Shown piece by piece: positions 58,597 to 64,000 of a stretch of DNA of 64,000 nt. A program made the position numbers and the translations under genes. Each line of letters opens with the position of its first letter. Position 1 is the stretch's first letter. The notes beneath the pieces are model-generated. The model had not been told where the DNA came from and ran no database searches. It worked only from the letters and a program-made list of their open reading frames with translations. The stretch comes from Longimicrobiales bacterium (GTDB taxonomy: Bacteria > Gemmatimonadota > Gemmatimonadetes > Longimicrobiales > Gaopeijiaceae), in contig OZ250165.1 in assembly GCA_965238005.1 (NCBI GenBank), positions 1,248,001 through 1,312,000 on the forward strand, in the 5' to 3' direction.

Positions 58597-58833
58597 CGGT
58601 CTGTCTCCGGGAGGTCAAGCGCTGGTGTCGGAATGCTCTGTTGCGATCCTCGAGTCAGGGTCGAGGAGCGAACGCCTAGAGTACGACGGGGAGGGAAACG
58701 AGGAAACCGGAGGAGGCGGGAAGAACTGGCGGGAGGGTGTCGGCCCGACTCACGTTGTCGGGCCTGTAGCTTCACCGTCAAGGCTAGAGCGGCTCGGGGG
58801 GGGACGGCCCAACGAAAAGAAGCGGAGGATGGA

Positions 58834-59833
58834 ATGCGGGTCCCATTCGGAGTCACGCTCCTCGTTCTCGTCCATGCCGCCGCGTCGGGCTCGCGGGAGA
58901 TCGCGGGCCAGGCCTTCGAGTTCGCCTTTTTGGGTGACAACCCCTACGGGTCGGCGAGCGTCGCCAGATTCGAGTCCCTCATTGAGGACGTAAACGGGCG
59001 AGACGGCATCCAGTGGGTCATCCACGTGGGAGACGTAAAGGCAGGCGCAGACTCCTGTTCGGACGAGTTCCTCCAGGGTCGATTCGACCTCTATCAGCTG
59101 TTCGACGCGCCCTTCGTCCTCACCCCGGGCGACAACGATTGGTTCGACTGTGGACAGGAAAGCGCGGGCGCGTACGACGTATACGAGCGCCTCGATTATT
59201 TTCGGCAGCTCTTCTTCCCGATTCCGGGGCAGACGACGGGGGGGCGCCCGATGGCGGTGCGCACCCAGGCCTCGGAGCCGCGCTTCGGAGAGTTCGTCGA
59301 GAACGTGATGTGGACCCGAGAGGACGTGGTGTTCTCCACGCTTCACCTGGTCCGGACCACCCCGCCGCCCCCCGATCCCGCGGTGGCCGAGCGCAGGATG
59401 GATGCCGCTCTACAGTGGATTCACCAGACGTTCGAGCTCGCGCATGAGCTGGGCAGCCCGGCCGTCTTCATGGCGATGCAGGCCGATCCCTGGATGGCCT
59501 GGGGGGCTTCCCCTCGTGCTCGGCGTCGTATGCCCGCAATGCCTGCTGCCCTCGGCCGGATTGGACCGGCTCTATCCGGTCCTGGTGGAGGAGTCCCTGG
59601 CGTTTGGCCGGCCTGTGGTCCTGGCGGTTGGGGATACCCACGTCTTCCGGGTCGACAAGCCTCTCTACGACTCGAAGACCGAGCAGTCCGTCGAGAACTT
59701 CACCCGTGTCGAAACGTTCGGTAACCCGTTGGTCCACTGGGTGCGGGTGGTCGTCGATCCCGGCGAGCCCCGAGTGTTCACGTTCCACCAGCAGATCGTC
59801 ACGGCCAACACGGGCGGACCGCCCGGACCCTGA
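58834..59833 (+). pseudogene. Calcineurin-like metallophosphoesterase, frameshifted at a G6 run (59501-59506)
   Basis: GDNPY, HVGDVK and TPGDNDW in one frame; GDTHVFRVDKP and NFTRVETFG in the next; removing one G restores the frame. Confidence 0.75.
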
Positions 59834-59921
59834 GCGGCATGCCCGCGTCGGAACCGGATGCTCCCGGGTCCGGCCCCCAGTGAGAGGCGCGCGCAGGGCC
59901 TCACTTCGGGTTCAACGTCAA

Positions 59922-60005
59922 CGAGGACACGGCCACCTTGAAGAAGTCGGGGTAGACGAGCATGGCCGCTGTCGACATGAAACCCCCACCCGAATGGCCG
60001 TAGAT
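59922..60005 (-). pseudogene. 84-bp internal fragment of an S9B dipeptidyl peptidase (catalytic Ser region)
   Basis: IYGHSGGGFMSTAAMLVYPDFFKVAVSS. Confidence 0.75.
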
Positions 60006-60248
60006 GCATGGTGATGTCAATACTTATTATGTCATTTACATGTCTATAAAGTAGACAAGCCTCGTTGCCGCCAACCGTTCTTCTCTCTGGCACTTACAGC
60101 GAGCTGGCGGTTGCGATGAGGCCGAACGAAGTCGTCATCCTACGACGGACGCCGGTCCTGCAAGAGGAGCCGTGCCTGGAGACCGCTTGACGCGAGTCAC
60201 CCCTGTCCGGGAGGTTGCTCGTCTACCACAACATCAACGGAGCTTGCC

Positions 60249-61307
60249 GTGATGCGTCGTATGCCTCTCCTCGTTTGCCTGTCACTCTTGCTGCCATCTG
60301 CCGGACCATTGGCCGCCCAGCTCCGCCTGACCCGGACGGAACAGGAGAGTGGGACCAGCGTGCTCCTTCAGGCCGTCAGCCCCGTCAGCGATCAGATCGT
60401 ATGGGCCAGCGGTCATGGCGGGACCTTCGCCCGGACCACGGATGGGGGAAGGAGCTGGACGGCTCGTGTCATGCCCGGTGAGGAGACCCTCCAGTTCAGG
60501 GATGTGGACGCCTTCAGCGCCGAGACGGCGTATCTGATGAGCGCGGGAAGCGGAACGGTGTCGCGCATCTACCGTACCGACGACGGTGGAGAGACCTGGG
60601 ATCTCCAGTTCCGGAACGAGCATCCGGACGGCTACCTCGACTGCATGGCGTTCTGGGACGTGGACCATGGGATCGCGTTCGGCGACGAGGGCGAGGGGCA
60701 GCTCTTCATCCTCCGAACAGACGATGGCGGTGCCTCCTGGAATCGAGTGCCCTCGAGTGCGCTCCCTCCCGCTCAGGAAGGAGAGGGTGGATTCGCAGCG
60801 AGCGGAAGCTGCGTCGCCACTGGGCCGGGCGGACGAGCTTGGATCGCCACGGGGAACGGCGAGCGCGCCAGGGTGCTATTGACCCGAGACGGTGGTGGGA
60901 CCTGGACGGACTCCAGGGTGCCCGTTCTGGGAGGGGCGGCGGCCGGGCTGACCACCATCGGTTTCCTGGACGACGAGACGGGAGTAGCGTTGGGGGGCCT
61001 GATCGGGCAGGACAGGGTGATTGTCGACAACGTGGCGCTCACGGTGGACGGGGGCCTGACGTGGACGCGGGGAGGCAGGCCTCGCATGGCCGGTCCCATC
61101 TACGGCTCCTCCTGGGTGCCGGGAGCCTCGCGGCCCACGATCTTTGTCGTGGGCCCCAGCGGAGCCGACTTCTCGGCGGATGGTGGTCGGACCTGGCGAG
61201 CGGCGGATGCGCGCACCTACTTTGCCGTCGCCTTCGTGTCTCCGGTGCGAGGGTGGGCGGTTGGTCCGCAGGGCCGGATCACTCGATTCGGATTCCGGGG
61301 CGGCTGA
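60249..61307 (+). CDS. Secreted YCF48/BNR-repeat beta-propeller protein
   Basis: Signal peptide; repeated T-x-D-G-G-x-x-W; LQFRDV and GGFAASG motifs. Confidence 0.85.
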   Translation: MMRRMPLLVCLSLLLPSAGPLAAQLRLTRTEQESGTSVLLQAVSPVSDQIVWASGHGGTFARTTDGGRSWTARVMPGEETLQFRDVDAFSAETAYLMSAGSGTVSRIYRTDDGGETWDLQFRNEHPDGYLDCMAFWDVDHGIAFGDEGEGQLFILRTDDGGASWNRVPSSALPPAQEGEGGFAASGSCVATGPGGRAWIATGNGERARVLLTRDGGGTWTDSRVPVLGGAAAGLTTIGFLDDETGVALGGLIGQDRVIVDNVALTVDGGLTWTRGGRPRMAGPIYGSSWVPGASRPTIFVVGPSGADFSADGGRTWRAADARTYFAVAFVSPVRGWAVGPQGRITRFGFRGG

Positions 61308-61448
61308 TCGGCGGACGCCCGTGTGCCGTTCCACGCGGTCCCGTGTTGCTCGGCTCGGGAACTTCCGTACCGGGTGACGGGATATGGAGGGACCAGCGAA
61401 AGACGGGTCCGCGCTATTTGGGCGGTCCCGGCTTAACCGGAGGGACCC

Positions 61449-62414
61449 GTGCTGATCAAGAAGCCTGCCGACATTCCGTCGTCCGAGATCACGGCGGAGA
61501 GCGTCTACCTGAATCGCCGCGAGTTCATCGCCGGGCTCGCCTTGGCGGGGGCCGTGGGCGGCTCGATCATGGGTGCTCCTCGGCGGGCGGCGGCGCAGCC
61601 TCCCGGAGGTCAGCCGGGTCACCCGCAGAAGGATTGGAGCAAGGTCCGATCCGAGCTCGATGAGAAGCTGAATCCCTACGAACACGTCACCACCTACAAC
61701 AACTTCTACGAGTTCGGGACCGGGAAGAGCGATCCCGCAAAGAACGCGCACACGCTCCGGCCCCGCCCCTGGACCATCGAGGTGGAGGGCCTCTGTGCCA
61801 ACCCGGGGACGTATGGGCTCGAGGACTTCATCAAGCCCGGCAAGATGGAGGACCGGGTCTATCGGCTTCGCTGCGTCGAGGCGTGGTCCATAGTGGTCCC
61901 GTGGCACGGCTTCTCGCTCAAGGACGTCATCGATCGGGCCGAGCCTCTTGGAAGCGCGGGCTACGTCGAGTTCACGACGCTCTACGACCTCGAGCAGATG
62001 CCCATGCAGCGCTCCTCCGTCCTGGAGTGGCCGTACGTGGAGGCGCTCCGTCTCGACGAAGCCAGCCATCCTCTGACCATGCTGGTGACCGGCGTGTACG
62101 GCCGCGAGCTGCCCAACCAGAACGGGGCGCCGCTCCGTCTCGTCATTCCATGGAAATACGGCTTCAAGGGCATCAAATCGATCGTGAAGATGCGCTTCAC
62201 CGAGACCCAACCGCTGAACACGTGGCAGCAAGCGACGCCGCGGGAGTACGGGTTCTACGCCAACGTGAACCCCGCGGTGGACCACCCTCGCTGGAGCCAG
62301 GCACGGGAGCGCCGGCTTGGCGAGTTCCGCAAGCGCCGGACCCTCATGTTCAACGGCTACGGGGAGCAGGTCGCCAGCCTCTACTCCGGGATTGATCTGC
62401 GGGTGAACTTCTGA
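61449..62414 (+). CDS. msrP: Periplasmic methionine sulfoxide reductase catalytic subunit
   Basis: NRREF Tat signal, YNNFYEFG, LRCVEAWS, QNGAPLRLVIPWKYGFK and HPRWSQA motifs. Confidence 0.97.
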   Translation: MLIKKPADIPSSEITAESVYLNRREFIAGLALAGAVGGSIMGAPRRAAAQPPGGQPGHPQKDWSKVRSELDEKLNPYEHVTTYNNFYEFGTGKSDPAKNAHTLRPRPWTIEVEGLCANPGTYGLEDFIKPGKMEDRVYRLRCVEAWSIVVPWHGFSLKDVIDRAEPLGSAGYVEFTTLYDLEQMPMQRSSVLEWPYVEALRLDEASHPLTMLVTGVYGRELPNQNGAPLRLVIPWKYGFKGIKSIVKMRFTETQPLNTWQQATPREYGFYANVNPAVDHPRWSQARERRLGEFRKRRTLMFNGYGEQVASLYSGIDLRVNF

Positions 62415-62459
62415 TCAGGTCCTGATCAAGCGAAGCGTAGCTCGAACCCACGAAACCGG

Positions 62460-63110
62460 TTGAACAAGAAGCGCCAGATCCTTCTCCTCAAGGTGATGGT
62501 GTGGCTGATTGGCCTCACCCCCGCCACCTGGCTGATGTGGCGCGCCCTCACGGACCGTCTAGGTGCCAACCCCATCGAGGAGATCCTCCACAATCTGGGT
62601 CGTGCGGCGCTGATCCTCCTCCTCACCACCCTGTCCGTGACGCCGATACGGCGCGTCACCGGGTGGAACAGCATCATCCACGTGCGGCGTATCCTGGGGC
62701 TCTTCGGCTTCTTCTACCTGACCTCGCATTTCCTGGCGTACGCCATCCTGGATCAGACCCTGGACTGGGAGTTCATTCTGGAGGACCTCACGGAGCGGCG
62801 GTACATCATCGTGGGGTTCACGGCGTGGGTGCTGCTCATCCCTTTGGCCGTGACGTCGACCAAGGGATGGATCCGGAGGCTCGGGAAGCGGTGGCAGAAG
62901 CTCCATCGCCTCGTCTACGTCTCCACCTCCCTCGGCGTGCTACACTTCTACTTGCAGGTGAAGGCCGATACGTACTGGCCCCTGGTGGCGACCACCGTCC
63001 TCGTGGTGCTCATGCTGTTCCGGGTCAGATTCCGGAGAGGGGGGCGCCGGCCTTCGAAGCCGCGCCCGACCCGGGTGGCCGAGCCGGCCACTTCGGCGGC
63101 AGACCTTTAG
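62460..63110 (+). CDS. msrQ: Methionine sulfoxide reductase heme-binding membrane subunit
   Basis: LGANPIE, RRILGL, LAVTS and WQKLHRLVY motifs; follows msrP. Confidence 0.95.
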   Translation: MNKKRQILLLKVMVWLIGLTPATWLMWRALTDRLGANPIEEILHNLGRAALILLLTTLSVTPIRRVTGWNSIIHVRRILGLFGFFYLTSHFLAYAILDQTLDWEFILEDLTERRYIIVGFTAWVLLIPLAVTSTKGWIRRLGKRWQKLHRLVYVSTSLGVLHFYLQVKADTYWPLVATTVLVVLMLFRVRFRRGGRRPSKPRPTRVAEPATSAADL

Positions 63111-63138
63111 CTTCTTCCACAGACCTCTAGGACACCCG

Positions 63139-64000
63139 ATGCCCCTCGAGCGATACCGAGCCATCATACCGGACTGGGATCGCTTTCAGGCCACCATCCT
63201 CTCTCGCGACCCCACGACCATCCGGGTCCGCACGGGCCGCATCTCCCTTGCGGACCTCACCGACCGGCTCCGGGAGCAGGGCTTCGTCCTCGAGCCCGTC
63301 GAGGGCCTTCGGGACTTCATGCGCGTGGTGGACGGCCCCCACAGCGTGGCCGACACCATCGAGAACTGGCTCGGGCTGTTCTACATCCAGCAGGCCTCCA
63401 CGGGTGTCGCCGCTCCACTCCTAGGCCCCCGTCCCGGAGAGAGGGTCCTCGACATGTGCGCTGCACCGGGCGGCAAGACGACGCACGCCGCAGACCTCAT
63501 GGAGGATCGAGGCTGCATCGTGGCCGTGGACCGGAACGAAGACCGGATCCGCGCCCTGTTGGGCAACCTCTATCGAACCGCGCATCCCAACGTGTTGGTG
63601 GTGTCGGGCGACGTTATGGCGCTCCCGGACGGGGCCCTCTTCGACCGCGTGCTCGTAGATGCGCCTTGCTCCGCCGAGGGGACCCTTCGCCGTAAAGGCG
63701 GGACCCTGCGCCGGCAGCGGAGGAAGTTCCGGGAGGGGGTCCCGCGGAGGCAGGAGGGGCTCCTGCGAAGGGCCATCGCGTTGACGCGCCCCGGCGGGGT
63801 CGTGCTCTATTCTACGTGCACCTTCGCACCGGAGGAGAACGAGGCCGTGGTCCACCGCGTGCTCGAAGATGCTCCGGTCGTCCTCGAGTCCATCGAGATC
63901 GACGCGCCCCACGCACCCGGACTGACCTGCTTCGAGGGGCAGCGGTACGACGCCAGCCTGGAGGGGGCCTGCCGCATATATCCCCACCACCTGGACTCGG
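63139..64000 (+). CDS. RsmB/NOP2 family RNA m5C methyltransferase (runs off the window)
   Basis: Manual translation from ATG 63139: VLDMCAAPGGKT, DRVLVDAPCSAEG, YSTCTFAPEENE. Confidence 0.92.
   Translation, partial: MPLERYRAIIPDWDRFQATILSRDPTTIRVRTGRISLADLTDRLREQGFVLEPVEGLRDFMRVVDGPHSVADTIENWLGLFYIQQASTGVAAPLLGPRPGERVLDMCAAPGGKTTHAADLMEDRGCIVAVDRNEDRIRALLGNLYRTAHPNVLVVSGDVMALPDGALFDRVLVDAPCSAEGTLRRKGGTLRRQRRKFREGVPRRQEGLLRRAIALTRPGGVVLYSTCTFAPEENEAVVHRVLEDAPVVLESIEIDAPHAPGLTCFEGQRYDASLEGACRIYPHHLDS

Noticed and set aside
57094..58833. 876-aa ORF 57094-59724 and other long antisense ORFs (8138-9523, 26362-28230, 12223-13872, 30877-32277)
   Set aside because: Shadow frames of real genes in high-GC DNA; only 58834 onward of the first ORF is a real gene
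1..64000. CRISPR array or cas genes
   Set aside because: No regularly spaced repeat-spacer array seen; the 21-bp repeats at 45481-45585 are contiguous and coding

Overview
High-GC bacterial window. The gene content (duplicated orphan ABC permeases, S9/M20/M28/S41 peptidases, BNR/VPS10 proteins, a choice-of-anchor-B protein) suggests a Gemmatimonadota/Acidobacteriota-like heterotroph; this is inference only. Intact loci include peptidases, MFS/POT/Nramp transporters, an oxalate/formyl-CoA cluster (ThDP lyase, frc, ADP-forming acyl-CoA ligase), a stand-alone SoxC/SorA plus cytochrome c pair, vapBC, a metal-uptake operon, msrPQ and an RsmB/NOP2 methyltransferase. These are interleaved with two apparently identical IS3 copies, one IS1182, a CTAG-ended MITE family, an integrase/tRNA-Ala att remnant next to an AbiE-type TA locus, and many short gene fragments. 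The two best candidates for undescribed systems are: (1) a leaderless His/Cys-containing ORF ending in the RAPP arrest motif (51141-51473), upstream of an SD-sequestering stem and an ATPase-less outer-membrane protein/SBP/permease operon; and (2) a 22-nt GCGAAGC-hairpin micro-insertion (GGGCACCGCGCGAAGCGTGGTC) that sits in-frame inside other elements and is found truncated at rearrangement junctions. All family assignments come from motif recognition, not database searches.
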